A stretch of 60,361 bases of DNA from Candidatus Heimdallarchaeota archaeon (lineage in GTDB: Archaea > Asgardarchaeota > Wukongarchaeia > Wukongarchaeales > JBHIFL01), in contig JBHIFL010000016.1 of assembly GCA_046761065.1 (NCBI GenBank), positions 1 to 60,361 of the forward strand, read 5' to 3'. The position numbers and the translations under genes were made by a program. Each line of letters opens with the position of its first letter. Position 1 is the first letter of the stretch. Below the pieces are notes generated by a model. That model worked only from the letters and a program-made list of their open reading frames with translations. It had not been told where the DNA came from and did no database searches. This document shows positions 1-10,518 of the stretch, in pieces.

Positions 1-37
1 CAAAAAGAAAAAGCCCAATTGAAAATAGGGAAGTTTC

Positions 38-232
38 GTGAATAAATATAGGGTGAATATATCATGGGATGATTGCACAAGCTGCTTTGCTTGTGTGGAT
101 GTTTGTCACATTATATGTCCTGAATGTGGTCAACCTGCGATTATTCGTCACCTTGAAGTCTGTGATAATTGTGGCCAATGTGTTTTAGCTTGCCCTGAAG
201 GAGCTATTTCTATCGAAAAGAAAAGGGATTGA
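38..232 (+). CDS. 2x[4Fe-4S] ferredoxin
   Basis: CTSCFACVDVC and CDNCGQCVLACP motifs, plus an extra CPEC; GTG start. Confidence 0.85.
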   Translation: MNKYRVNISWDDCTSCFACVDVCHIICPECGQPAIIRHLEVCDNCGQCVLACPEGAISIEKKRD

Positions 233-248
233 AAGCCCCACCCTGGCT

Positions 249-926
249 TTACTTTTTAGCGATGGCAATTAGAACTAATTTACTAGACCATTTCGGTCCA
301 TCCCAGTAAAGGTTGATTTCTTTGAATCCTACAGACCTAAGATCATCCCATGCCTCGGATTCCGTCCAAAAATACATCATAATCCTAGCTAAAACTTGTA
401 TGATGGGGTTTTTTCGGAGTCTTGGAGCAAGTATTGCTGTATTTCCCCCTTTTTTTGAGACTCTCCACATTTCTCTGTAAACTTTAATCGGGCTTGGTAA
501 AAACTCTACAAGTCCTGCAGAGATTACAATTGAGGCTGCATTTGATCTTAAAGGTAAGTGCTCAACGTCTGCGATGATGAAATACGTTCGATGATTCTCT
601 TTCATTGCTTTGACTGCAAGGTGGGCTTTAATCATCTGTGCTAGAGAAAGATCAATTCCAATTATAACCCCTGCTTTATTCTGTTTTAACAGTTCAATTG
701 TAGTATAGCCAGTACCACAACCAATGTCTATAATGACCTCGCCATGTGAATTTGTTAACTCAACAAATTTTCTACGCATCTTTTTTGTATAAAATATAGG
801 ATTTATTGCATTATATACTTTAGTGTACCATCTCCAAAAGGTCCTAGCCCGTCTTTGGTTTTGTAAGACTGGTCTGAATATGTTCACCTCTTGAAATGTG
901 GTAGATCTTTGTGAAATTATCTGCAT
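249..926 (-). CDS. Class I SAM-dependent methyltransferase (UbiE/MenG-like); start may be GTG at 887
   Basis: IDIGCGTG motif I, GIDLS, ADVEHLP, EMWRVSKKGG. Confidence 0.85.
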   Translation of the reverse strand: MQIISQRSTTFQEVNIFRPVLQNQRRARTFWRWYTKVYNAINPIFYTKKMRRKFVELTNSHGEVIIDIGCGTGYTTIELLKQNKAGVIIGIDLSLAQMIKAHLAVKAMKENHRTYFIIADVEHLPLRSNAASIVISAGLVEFLPSPIKVYREMWRVSKKGGNTAILAPRLRKNPIIQVLARIMMYFWTESEAWDDLRSVGFKEINLYWDGPKWSSKLVLIAIAKK

Positions 927-1104
927 TAAAGCAGTCTACGATAAAGAAATGCAGAATTACCTTCCCTTTTTTCATTGCTCAGTTACATGGTGTTTTATAG
1001 ACTTATATCATTATTGAATTGGTTAATAATTTCACTTAGCTTAATTTGTGCCCCTAAGATGTATTTTATAAGGCAAATCAAATTTGCGCCACACTATTTT
1101 CCAA

Positions 1105-1881
1105 CTAGTCTTTGAAATTTGGTTTCCGTTTTTCTAGAAAGGCAGCAATACCCTCTTGAGCATCGTATGTCGAAAAAAGTAGTGCAAAAGATTCTGCCTC
1201 GAGGTTTAAGGCCGATTCCTTATTCATCTCGACTCCTTTCTTGATGACGTTCTTGCCTTGTTGCAAAGCTATACGTGGTTTCGAACAGAGCTTCTTGGCA
1301 AACTCTATTGTGGTACTCATTAATTCCTCTGGTGGCACAACCATATTGACTAGTCCTAACTGCTGAGCTTCTTTGGCTGTGATCATTTCACCTGTAAGGA
1401 TTAATTCCATCGCTTTTGTCTCGCCGATTAAACGCGGTAGCCGCACACATCCACCCCAGCCCGGAATCAACCCTAAATTGATCTCAGGCTGTCCTAATTG
1501 CGCGTTTTCAGATACAATTCGGAGATCGCATGCCATAGCGAGTTCCACACCACCTCCGAGGGCATAACCATTTATAGCAGCAATTACAGGGATCCCAAGA
1601 TCGTCTAACTCCCGTGTAAGTCGTTGGCCCACTCTGGCTAGTTTTCTCATTTTTTCGGGGTTAGCTCCCTTAAACACATTCACATCTGCTCCTGCGGCAA
1701 AAGCTTTCTCTCCGGCGCCTGTAATAATTAGTACTCGGATAGTAGGGTCATTTTTTGTGTCTTCTATTGCAGTAGTTACATCTCGAAGGAGTTCAATACT
1801 AAGAGGGTTCATGGGAGGGCGGTTGAGCGTTATAATGGCAATGTGATCTTCCTTCATATATTGTATATTGGTAAATTTCAT
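1105..1881 (-). CDS. Enoyl-CoA hydratase/crotonase
   Basis: AFAAGAD, AINGYALGGGVELAMACD, GQPEINLGLIPGWGG, C-terminal AFLEKRKPNF. Confidence 0.95.
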   Translation of the reverse strand: MKFTNIQYMKEDHIAIITLNRPPMNPLSIELLRDVTTAIEDTKNDPTIRVLIITGAGEKAFAAGADVNVFKGANPEKMRKLARVGQRLTRELDDLGIPVIAAINGYALGGGVELAMACDLRIVSENAQLGQPEINLGLIPGWGGCVRLPRLIGETKAMELILTGEMITAKEAQQLGLVNMVVPPEELMSTTIEFAKKLCSKPRIALQQGKNVIKKGVEMNKESALNLEAESFALLFSTYDAQEGIAAFLEKRKPNFKD

Positions 1882-2312
1882 TTTCTCAACTCCTTTTCTT
1901 AGCAGAAAGCTGATCTAGAATTCAAACGAATATTCTTTATTATTTTTATAAAATGATCTTCTCATTCTTGTTGTTAATGTTCAAAATGGCTTGACTCCAA
2001 AAGTGTATCTTTCGATGACTTAGTGGATAGTTCATCTTGCCCGAAGCTTAGATGTATAATCAACTTGAACTTTTCTGAATAATGTGAAAAGTTGTCCATA
2101 AGTAAGGTTGTAAATGAATCAGTTGTTGAAACACCATCTCTTTAAGTGAAATTCCATATTCACATGTTTTTATAAAATCAATCGTATACTGAAAAAAGAA
2201 CAGAATCGGACTAAAAAAGATCTTGCAAATAATATTTAACTTGTTCTTTTAATCCTCAAAGAAAAATCATTCTAAGGAGATCAACTAGTTTTATTTAATG
2301 GTTTTGTAGTCA

Positions 2313-2849
2313 TTAAAAAGAACTAAACGATTTAAGGGCTCGATTTAGCCCTTTTTTATCATTAATGGATTGATGTTCCTTTATTGAGGAATTTGTCTTA
2401 TCAGTCAATATAAGCCCAAATTCATCTCGACTTTCAACAGAATCTAGTTCATAGGATGTTTCACGTTCCATTGCCAGTTTATGCAACTTTTCTGCAATAT
2501 TCAGCAGCTTCTGTCGAATGAATTCTACGCTTACGCCAGGATTTAATAGAACAATGATAACTCCGATTTTTGTGGGTGTTAATAGAACGGTACCACGTTT
2601 ATACTCAATTGTCACAGAACTAAGATTATTAAAAGCGTAATAGGATCCTATCTGTTCATAACTTTGCGCTATGGCCCACCCTAGAAAGACATGGTCGGCA
2701 TCAGTAATTGGAGGGAGTGTTGATGTTGTGGGCTGCTTGATTAACCCTTTGAGGTCTCCAGTGAAGTCCGTGAGAGCTACCATTTGAATTTGGGGTCCAA
2801 ATGTAGCTATTTCTTCTAAAATAAGTGCAAATTCAATTTTTAAAGGCAT
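2313..2849 (-). CDS. Roadblock/LC7-domain protein with C-terminal extension
   Basis: Helix-beta-beta-helix-beta3-helix pattern (IQMVALTDFTGD; LSSVTIEYKRGTVLLTP..IIVLL..SVEFIRQKL) typical of roadblock/MglB folds. Confidence 0.7.
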   Translation of the reverse strand: MPLKIEFALILEEIATFGPQIQMVALTDFTGDLKGLIKQPTTSTLPPITDADHVFLGWAIAQSYEQIGSYYAFNNLSSVTIEYKRGTVLLTPTKIGVIIVLLNPGVSVEFIRQKLLNIAEKLHKLAMERETSYELDSVESRDEFGLILTDKTNSSIKEHQSINDKKGLNRALKSFSSF

Positions 2850-3348
2850 CTAGGTTTGCCTCGCAGGTTTGCCTCATTTTCCAACACTACCCCATTATAT
2901 TAAAAAACTCCTTTACTCAATAATAATACAACTTAATTCGTTTAATAAGGTTGTTTAATTAAATCTAAAATCTTAGAGAATTCATGGCATAATTCTAGAG
3001 AATTTATCTGGATTTATTTGTAAAATCTAAGAGTAAATGAATCCTTCTCCAACAATATTCTTCGGTTCTATCGGACCATTAAAAATTTTATTATAAGGTT
3101 CTCATGAGGTCTTAAGCCTGCAAAATAAATATATAAGATTTTAGAACCATTCTATAACACAATTTTAGAGATTAGACTTTAATCAACATAAAAAAAATCG
3201 AATGACAATTTTGAATCATTGTGGACGCCTATCAGTTCGCTGTCCAGTGAGCCATGAGTTCAAAAGGCGTCCACATAATAATAATTCTAAATTTGCTCAA
3301 AAATATTCAAAAGCCAGGTAACTCGGGCGTTTTGTTATTGATAACCTT

Positions 3349-4776
3349 TCAAAGTTTCCCTTCTCGCATCATTGAAACTAGACCGGAACCTGCTGCGATG
3401 AAATCTTCTGCCGCTTTTTCAGTTAGCTCTTCTGCCGCTTTTTGGGCTTCTTTGAGAATTTTTACTTCATCTATGGTCTTGACTTGCCGATTTTCCATGA
3501 TTATTTTTCCATCAACAATGACATGCGTAACTTCACTACCATTGGCTTGATAAACGATATTTGGAACAAGATTTCGGATAGGTACGCATACCTTAGGAAT
3601 GAGGTGTGGCCGATTTAAATCAAGAAGAATTATATCGGCTTTTTTACCGGGTTCTAAGGAACCAATTTGATGGTCAAGCCCAAGACATTGTGCGGCTTCA
3701 ATCGTAGCCATTCTCAGAACTTTCCAAGCAGGAAGAACGGTTGCATCTTGGTGTTTTATTTTATTTAAAATTGCTGCATATCTCATTTGGTCGAACATTC
3801 TATTCCCATCAGGTGGGCTTTGATCTGATCCAAGAGCGGCTGTTCCTCCTACTGAGATATAATCCCAAAGGGGCGGCACTAACCCATCGATCAGACCGAT
3901 TGATCCAGGACACCCAATCATCCGAGTTCCACTTTGCGCTAGCAGTTTCAATTCCTCAGGAGTGGTAGCATGACAATGGACTGCAATCAACTGGGGACCT
4001 AAATACCCAATCTCCTCAAGAAATCGAACTGGGGACTTGCCATATCTTTCAAACACCTGCTTATGTTCTCTCCCCCAGCTTTGGGCAACGTGCATATGCA
4101 TTGAGAGCCCTCGCTCTTCGGCTAATACTTTGATGTGTAATAATAATTCTTTACTCAACATATCAGGTGCATGGGGACCAAAAAGACAGGTGATTCTTCC
4201 ATCTGCACCACCGTGCCACTTGTCGATTAGGTTTAAACCCTCTTTGAGTTTTGTTTCTCCGACAGACGGTTCAAACTGAAAGAGTTTTGTTATGTCACGT
4301 CTTCCTGGACTGAGTTCATTAATTGTGGAACACAGATTAGCTCGAACCCCAATTGGTTCATAGACCTTTTGTGCCAGATCGGGCATATAGGTTCCATAAT
4401 CGCCAAAACAGGTTGTACCAGTCTTCATTGCTTCTAACACGCATAATTTTGACCCAACAATTTCAAGCTCCTTTGTAAAATACTTTCTAAAGGGAGCAAT
4501 AGTCCCAAACATCCATTCTGCTTCAGCGACATCTTGACCGAGCCCGCGAAGTAAGCTAAGGGTCGAGTGAATATGACAATCAATCAAACCAGGGAGGATA
4601 GCATGATTCGATGCATCTATTATGACATCCCCACTATACTCCCGAGTGACTTCGGATGTCGTGCCCACAGACACAATCCTATCTTGTTCGATTGCAAGAG
4701 CCCCATCTTCAATGATATGCGTCCCCTCTCCCTTCATGGTGGTTAGATATCCATGTTTGATTAGAATCGAACACAT
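3349..4776 (-). CDS. Metal-dependent amidohydrolase (MtaD/SsnA/TrzA-AtzA family)
   Basis: PGLIDCHIH, KTGTT, HMHVAQ, ALGSD, GSLEPGKKADI. Confidence 0.9.
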   Translation of the reverse strand: MCSILIKHGYLTTMKGEGTHIIEDGALAIEQDRIVSVGTTSEVTREYSGDVIIDASNHAILPGLIDCHIHSTLSLLRGLGQDVAEAEWMFGTIAPFRKYFTKELEIVGSKLCVLEAMKTGTTCFGDYGTYMPDLAQKVYEPIGVRANLCSTINELSPGRRDITKLFQFEPSVGETKLKEGLNLIDKWHGGADGRITCLFGPHAPDMLSKELLLHIKVLAEERGLSMHMHVAQSWGREHKQVFERYGKSPVRFLEEIGYLGPQLIAVHCHATTPEELKLLAQSGTRMIGCPGSIGLIDGLVPPLWDYISVGGTAALGSDQSPPDGNRMFDQMRYAAILNKIKHQDATVLPAWKVLRMATIEAAQCLGLDHQIGSLEPGKKADIILLDLNRPHLIPKVCVPIRNLVPNIVYQANGSEVTHVIVDGKIIMENRQVKTIDEVKILKEAQKAAEELTEKAAEDFIAAGSGLVSMMREGKL

Positions 4777-4873
4777 ATTATCACATCATATGAATTATGA
4801 GCTGACTTAAGACGTTCTCTTAAGAATCTTGCCTTTTGGGTTAAGTAGTGCTCTTACAAACCCAAAAATCAAC

Positions 4874-5251
4874 CTAGAAAGCAGTTCTATGTGATATTAG
4901 CGCCTTAAACCCAGCTGGGTCTTTACATTCTAGTTTATCTTTAAAATAGATAATCCCATTGGATTTCACTGTAACAGCACTTCGCCAGAAAAATGGATGG
5001 ACAGCATGGACAAAAAAAAGCATCGAAATAAAACCAAATAGTATTAATATTCCGAGACTTACTTGGAAGGCCGGGTTGCTAGTCATATAATCAGTGAATA
5101 ACAATAAAATGGCAATAGACGTGATTGCACCAGATAGTGTTAGAAGAGCTGTAGCCTTTTCATCAGTACGGGAATTTAATTTTTCATTTACCTCATACAC
5201 ATCCATTAACATTCGATAACGATCATGAAATCGTTCATGTGATTCGACCAT
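4874..5251 (-). CDS. Pycsar-effector (DUF5706/PycTM)-like membrane protein, apparently C-terminally truncated
   Basis: RTDEKATALL followed by two TM helices, then P and GIIYF; third helix/TM absent; ATG at 5251. Confidence 0.5.
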   Translation of the reverse strand: MVESHERFHDRYRMLMDVYEVNEKLNSRTDEKATALLTLSGAITSIAILLLFTDYMTSNPAFQVSLGILILFGFISMLFFVHAVHPFFWRSAVTVKSNGIIYFKDKLECKDPAGFKALISHRTAF

Positions 5252-5523
5252 TTTGTGTTTGTCCTCTTTTTTCTGGAACAGATAGACAATCAAAATTAAA
5301 CATATTCAAAATCTTGAGAATGACATTCGGGAATTTTTATGTTACAATTAGCGAGAAGGCGCACATTTTCATATTTATATTGGTTTAATTGAAATAGATG
5401 AAATTTAAATTGAAAATGGGGATTTTCAGAAAGAATAAAAAGATTTTACTTAAAAAAGTTTAATTAGTTTAAGAATCTCCTAGATTGTCGGTTAAACAAC
5501 TTACAGAATGCTCATGAACAGTT

Positions 5524-7149
5524 TCATCGAGTTTTACGCTGTTTAATCACATATAAAATTACTAAAAAGCTAAAAATAGTTGATATACAGCTGTATACTG
5601 GAATAAATCGGTTTGGGACGGGTATTTCGTAGCAATCCACATGAAACCCATATGCCTCCCCAAATTCAGCATCCAAATGTAGAACTATTGCATCTTTCGG
5701 AATCCAAGGGGACCATATATCGGCATTCAATTCGTCAACTCCTTCGTAATCGATGTAAATATGCCCACTCGTGTCTCGGAGATATAGATGCGAGAAAAAC
5801 GCGACTTGAAGGGCGGCGAAGCGGACTCGGAGCTGTGAAGTCCCGTTGTGCTGAATGATCCAAGTGGTATTGGTGCCGCGCTCATAGGGATGAGCGGACT
5901 GATATGTATCTGGAAGTTTGTACGTCCGTGTGGGAGTATCACGTAAGTCTGCCCCGATTTCAATGAGGTCGGTTCGCCAAAGCTCTCCGACCGTCGCCCT
6001 AACACCAATTTTGAGGTGGCCGCTTATGCTTGTAGAATAGTGAAACGAATATTCATATTCATCCCTCGAACCCTCGAGTGGGGTCATATCCCTCCACGTT
6101 TCGCCGATTTTGCATTGGACACGATCTACCGGATAAGCGGCGCTATTCGGTACGATTTTCGCTCGGACTTCGCTGGTCTCGCCAAAATAGTGCATAGAGC
6201 CATCAAGGGGATGCGTAATCTTCACTGATGGGAACCCAAGGCTGCTATTCTCCAGTAGGACCACGTCTGACAGTGCTTTGGGCGTGTGGGTCAACACTTC
6301 ATACCCTGAATCAGTGACAAGAACATCATCTTCAACCCTCACCCCAAAACCTGCCTCAGGAAGATAGATACCGGGTTCTACGGTTATCACCATTCCCGAT
6401 TTGAGGACATCCGGACTATTCACTCCGATGAGCGGCTGTTCATGAACATGGGTCCCCAAACTATGCCCTGTCAAGTGGGGAAAATATTTTCCATATCCAT
6501 AAGCGTCAATAATATCTCTAACAGCGTGGGCGACGATGCTTACATTGACCCCAGGCCCCACGGCATGGATACCTGCTTGCTGGGCCTCCAAAACGATTTG
6601 GTAGATTTTCACCATTTCCGGTGTTGGTGGCCCAATAAAATACGTTCGGGTTATGTCTGTCGAGTAGCCAGCATATTTTGCGCCGAGGTCACATACAACC
6701 GCTTCTCCAACTACAACGTAGTTGTGTTTATCATTTGCGAGATCACCATGGGGCAAAACCGAATCTTCCCCTGAAGCTATAATAGTACTGAACGCAAGAG
6801 TCTCGTCTGAACCCGCATCAATCATGTGAAAATCGATTTGGTCCACTACATCCCCTTCAGTAATGGTCTCCTGAAATGCCCGTTGAAGAGTCTCCTTTGC
6901 CACCCTTTGCCCGAAATCACTGATTTTGGCAGAGGCCCTAAAAGAAGGGATAGGATCTTGGTTCGATAGGGCTGAATTGTTGGACGGCAAAGAACTTTTT
7001 GAGTAATTTGGCAGTGAGTTAAGGGCTGCTTCACTTTTCTGGTTCCTCGTGCTGCTTTCTACGTCCTGAAATGAGATGTTGAAAATTGAACCACTGAAAA
7101 TGAGCATTAATACCGCCACTAAAGCTAGAATACGCTTAAAACCAGTCAT
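5524..7149 (-). CDS. Secreted, membrane-anchored M24 (Xaa-Pro aminopeptidase-like) peptidase with Ig-like and CUB-like domains
   Basis: Signal peptide MTGFKRILALVAVLML; metal ligands CDLGA, STDITRT, HLTGH..HE, EPG, VEDD; YQSAHPY..TWII..LRVRF CUB-like segment; C-terminal TM plus basic tail. Confidence 0.85.
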   Translation of the reverse strand: MTGFKRILALVAVLMLIFSGSIFNISFQDVESSTRNQKSEAALNSLPNYSKSSLPSNNSALSNQDPIPSFRASAKISDFGQRVAKETLQRAFQETITEGDVVDQIDFHMIDAGSDETLAFSTIIASGEDSVLPHGDLANDKHNYVVVGEAVVCDLGAKYAGYSTDITRTYFIGPPTPEMVKIYQIVLEAQQAGIHAVGPGVNVSIVAHAVRDIIDAYGYGKYFPHLTGHSLGTHVHEQPLIGVNSPDVLKSGMVITVEPGIYLPEAGFGVRVEDDVLVTDSGYEVLTHTPKALSDVVLLENSSLGFPSVKITHPLDGSMHYFGETSEVRAKIVPNSAAYPVDRVQCKIGETWRDMTPLEGSRDEYEYSFHYSTSISGHLKIGVRATVGELWRTDLIEIGADLRDTPTRTYKLPDTYQSAHPYERGTNTTWIIQHNGTSQLRVRFAALQVAFFSHLYLRDTSGHIYIDYEGVDELNADIWSPWIPKDAIVLHLDAEFGEAYGFHVDCYEIPVPNRFIPVYSCISTIFSFLVILYVIKQRKTR

Positions 7150-7611
7150 TGAATCGTCTCTCCTGTTTTTTGGGAAGAAGGACCTATTATAATTACTGAT
7201 TTGTTTTATCAATATATTTCAAATACTAATCTTAATGTGTTCTAGGATAACGTGTCAAGCCAGTAAATAAATTCGAGTCGCGATTTTTAGAGAACCCAAA
7301 GCCGGTAAAACTTGAACTCATAGAAAGAATTGAAAAGGCGGATTAAAAACCCATTCCAAGGTTATATCATGTTTTACACCAAAAAAGTTAACTTTTAGTA
7401 AACGAATTTGATGATTGTGTTGCAAAGGTTTATGAATGAAGTAATATGTAATGGGGTAAATACGAGTACAATTACGTATACATGGCAATATATCGATTGA
7501 TATTTGGATTTCCATGACCAGAATTGGACTTTCGTTTCCTTGAGTCTTCAACACATGAGCTCAAGATTTTATCGATTGATGGATTTAAAAAAGCAAGTCT
7601 ATTTGTGAATA

Positions 7612-10518
7612 ATGATGAATGAAAGTTCAAGAATAAGAATTAGATGTCTTTCACTCTTCCTTATAGCTTTAGTAATAGTAATGCTACTCGTTCCAAAGCC
7701 CCCTTGTATTCAGGCTGAAGAACAGACTCCTATGGACTCCAAGAATAACGGTTTGAATTTTGTTTCCTTAGATAATAATTGGACGTCTGCTGAAGAGTTA
7801 ACACCTGGGGTTAATTATACCAGAACCATAACTTCATTCGATCCAGTAAACTATTGGAAGGTGTTCGCTAATTTTACTCAGCTAGTTAAAGCGGAGATTT
7901 GGTTATTGCAATGGGTAGAACTAACTAATCCCAATTACTATGATTTCGACCTTTTCATTTATGATCAGTATCATAATGAGCTTAATTCATCTACAAGTTC
8001 AAGCAATTATGAAGTGGTGTCAACTGTAGCTACGGTTTCTGCTTGGTATTATATAGAGGTTCATCAATATTCAGGCTTCGGTCCCTATCTACTTACTGTT
8101 GAAATCACAGAAAGTGATAAAACAAACGATAATTATTGGTGGAATGCGATTCCTATTGATATTGGAACCTATACCTATTCTGGATCCCTAGATATTATTA
8201 ATGATTCAATAGATTGGTTTTCACTCGAGCTAAATCCGACAGAGATCCTTAAAGTCAACATTACACGTTCGAATGCCCAAATAGATATTGCTTGTGGAAT
8301 TTATGATGAAGAACAAAACCTCCTTGCTAGATCAATTGAAATAAATGATACAGAAGTAGCCAGTGCCGTAGCGTACGCTCACGGTGTTTATTATCTGGAA
8401 ATAATGGTTATTCAAGGTGCGGGCGCCTATACCTTAAATATAGAGGTTACAAGTGGTGGTGAAATAGACGATTATTGGTGGGCTTACCCCAAGCCCATTA
8501 TGGCAGGGAATCATTCAGGAAGTCTAGATCTTGGGGGATCAGACCCTTCAGATTGGTTCATCTTTCAACTGCAACCTGCTGAGATTGTACAGATTGAGAT
8601 CACCTTTCCAAATACACAACTAGACTTAGATGCAAGAATTTATAACCATGATCTTCAGCTCCTTGACGAATCAGCGGGTTATGAAGGACAAGAAAAGATC
8701 TCAACGGTGGCTACAAGACCTGAGATCTATTATTTAGAGCTGGAGGCTATTTGGGGGGGCGGAAACTACACTTTTTCACTACAAATCACCCCTCCCACAC
8801 CGATTTCTCCGGGGATGTATCTAGGTAACCTTGATACGAACACGGGGCGTGATAAAATGTGGTTCACCTTTCATCTCAGTTCGAACAAAGTGGCGAAGGT
8901 ACGTGTTAAATTTCCTAGCAATCAAACGAACATTGATGTTCATCTATACACTTTTCATGGTGAACTTAAGCACGTCGATAGCTCAATTGGGAACGATGAT
9001 ACTAAAGAGGTCTTTGGTCTTTCTTTTACACCTAAAACATGGTACCTCTTGGTAATAGCTCGTTGGGGTGCAAGTAACTACTCTTTGACCCTCAATAGTG
9101 TTCCAGTAAATCTAATCGGACCAGGCTATCACTTGGGTATCCTGAATGAGTCGAACCAAGAGGTATGGTATGGGATTGAACTTCAACAAGGGGACTGTTT
9201 AATGGCAAGCTTGTACTCTAATAGAACCGATTATGATATGGAATTCTACTCTACGACTGGTTCTTGGCTTGTCGGATCATATTTAGGGCAAGGGCAATTA
9301 GAAAAAGTGCAAGGGATCGCCCAAACGTCAGGTGTTTATGGAATACGAATTTTCAGGTATACAGGAGCCGGGCTCTATAAGGTGTTAATGACAATTGCAC
9401 ATCCAGAGTTGATTACTCCTGGCAACTATTCGGGTTTATTGAATGCATCTTCTCCCAAAATAATATACAAGGTTGAACTTCAACAAAACGATAAGATCAT
9501 TGCTCGTATCACCACACCAATCAGTACCAATTTGAATATGGAACTATTTAGCCCAAATGGTACGTGGGTTGCAGGTTCGTTTAAGCCCCGTGGTTACATC
9601 GACGAGGTCTCAGGTGTGGCACAGATCACAGGAACTTTCTTTCTCTGTATCACATGGGAGAGTGGGAGTGAGGATTACGAATTAAACCTTAATGTGCAAC
9701 CAGATTCCCCTCCCCTTTCAGACTTTGCAGGGGGTTCTCCTCAGACCGCTCGAAAAATTATTCCTGGGAGATATTATGATGCCTTAGATGATATCATAGA
9801 TCGACATGATTACTACGCCCTCTTATTAGAATCGGGAGATATTTTACATGTGAAAGCAAATGGGTGGACTCCCCCAGTTGACTTTGATCTCGAAGTATTG
9901 GCTCCAGACCTCTCACTTGTTCAAGGGTCCTGGGACACGACCCCCTATGAAACAGTTGAAATTACAGCAAAATCTAGTGGAATCCATTATTTACATCTAT
10001 TCAGTGTACAGGGTAGTGGTCCATATACTATAGAAGTACGTAACAAGGCGGGTATTTCTCCCATTCCAGATCAAGCGGGTAATAATGTTAATTCTGCACA
10101 AACCATCCAACCAGGTGTCTATAATGAATATTTAAGTATAAAATATGATTCAGATGATTATTATCGTATTGAATTAGAGATGGGAGACAATGTGACAATC
10201 TTAATTCGTGGTTGGAATGCCTCCACAGCGGATTTTGAACTCCAAGTCCTCAATTCGACGTTTGGCATCTTAAACACCTCTTCTGGAATCGGTTCAGAGG
10301 AACAAGTCACATTTATTGCACAAACTACAGAAACCTTCTATATACGCGCCTTTAGCATCATTGGAAATGGCTGGTATACATTGGAGCTATACATAAACCC
10401 AACTAAGAGCACAATAACAACTCGAGAAATGGGAAATTTAATATTACAACTTACTGGCGGAGGATTAGTTCTTGTCTTAGTCTTTTGCTTTAGTTGGAAA
10501 AAACGGCAAAAAGGTTAG
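7612..10518 (+). CDS. Surface protein with about 8 tandem PPC (pre-peptidase C-terminal)-like beta repeats and a C-terminal TM anchor
   Basis: Signal peptide; repeated D-[W/Y]-[F/Y]...DxDLx(L/I)Y...S...E.V....G.YY..V....G.G.Y.L units; TM plus KKRQK tail. Confidence 0.8.
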   Translation: MMNESSRIRIRCLSLFLIALVIVMLLVPKPPCIQAEEQTPMDSKNNGLNFVSLDNNWTSAEELTPGVNYTRTITSFDPVNYWKVFANFTQLVKAEIWLLQWVELTNPNYYDFDLFIYDQYHNELNSSTSSSNYEVVSTVATVSAWYYIEVHQYSGFGPYLLTVEITESDKTNDNYWWNAIPIDIGTYTYSGSLDIINDSIDWFSLELNPTEILKVNITRSNAQIDIACGIYDEEQNLLARSIEINDTEVASAVAYAHGVYYLEIMVIQGAGAYTLNIEVTSGGEIDDYWWAYPKPIMAGNHSGSLDLGGSDPSDWFIFQLQPAEIVQIEITFPNTQLDLDARIYNHDLQLLDESAGYEGQEKISTVATRPEIYYLELEAIWGGGNYTFSLQITPPTPISPGMYLGNLDTNTGRDKMWFTFHLSSNKVAKVRVKFPSNQTNIDVHLYTFHGELKHVDSSIGNDDTKEVFGLSFTPKTWYLLVIARWGASNYSLTLNSVPVNLIGPGYHLGILNESNQEVWYGIELQQGDCLMASLYSNRTDYDMEFYSTTGSWLVGSYLGQGQLEKVQGIAQTSGVYGIRIFRYTGAGLYKVLMTIAHPELITPGNYSGLLNASSPKIIYKVELQQNDKIIARITTPISTNLNMELFSPNGTWVAGSFKPRGYIDEVSGVAQITGTFFLCITWESGSEDYELNLNVQPDSPPLSDFAGGSPQTARKIIPGRYYDALDDIIDRHDYYALLLESGDILHVKANGWTPPVDFDLEVLAPDLSLVQGSWDTTPYETVEITAKSSGIHYLHLFSVQGSGPYTIEVRNKAGISPIPDQAGNNVNSAQTIQPGVYNEYLSIKYDSDDYYRIELEMGDNVTILIRGWNASTADFELQVLNSTFGILNTSSGIGSEEQVTFIAQTTETFYIRAFSIIGNGWYTLELYINPTKSTITTREMGNLILQLTGGGLVLVLVFCFSWKKRQKG

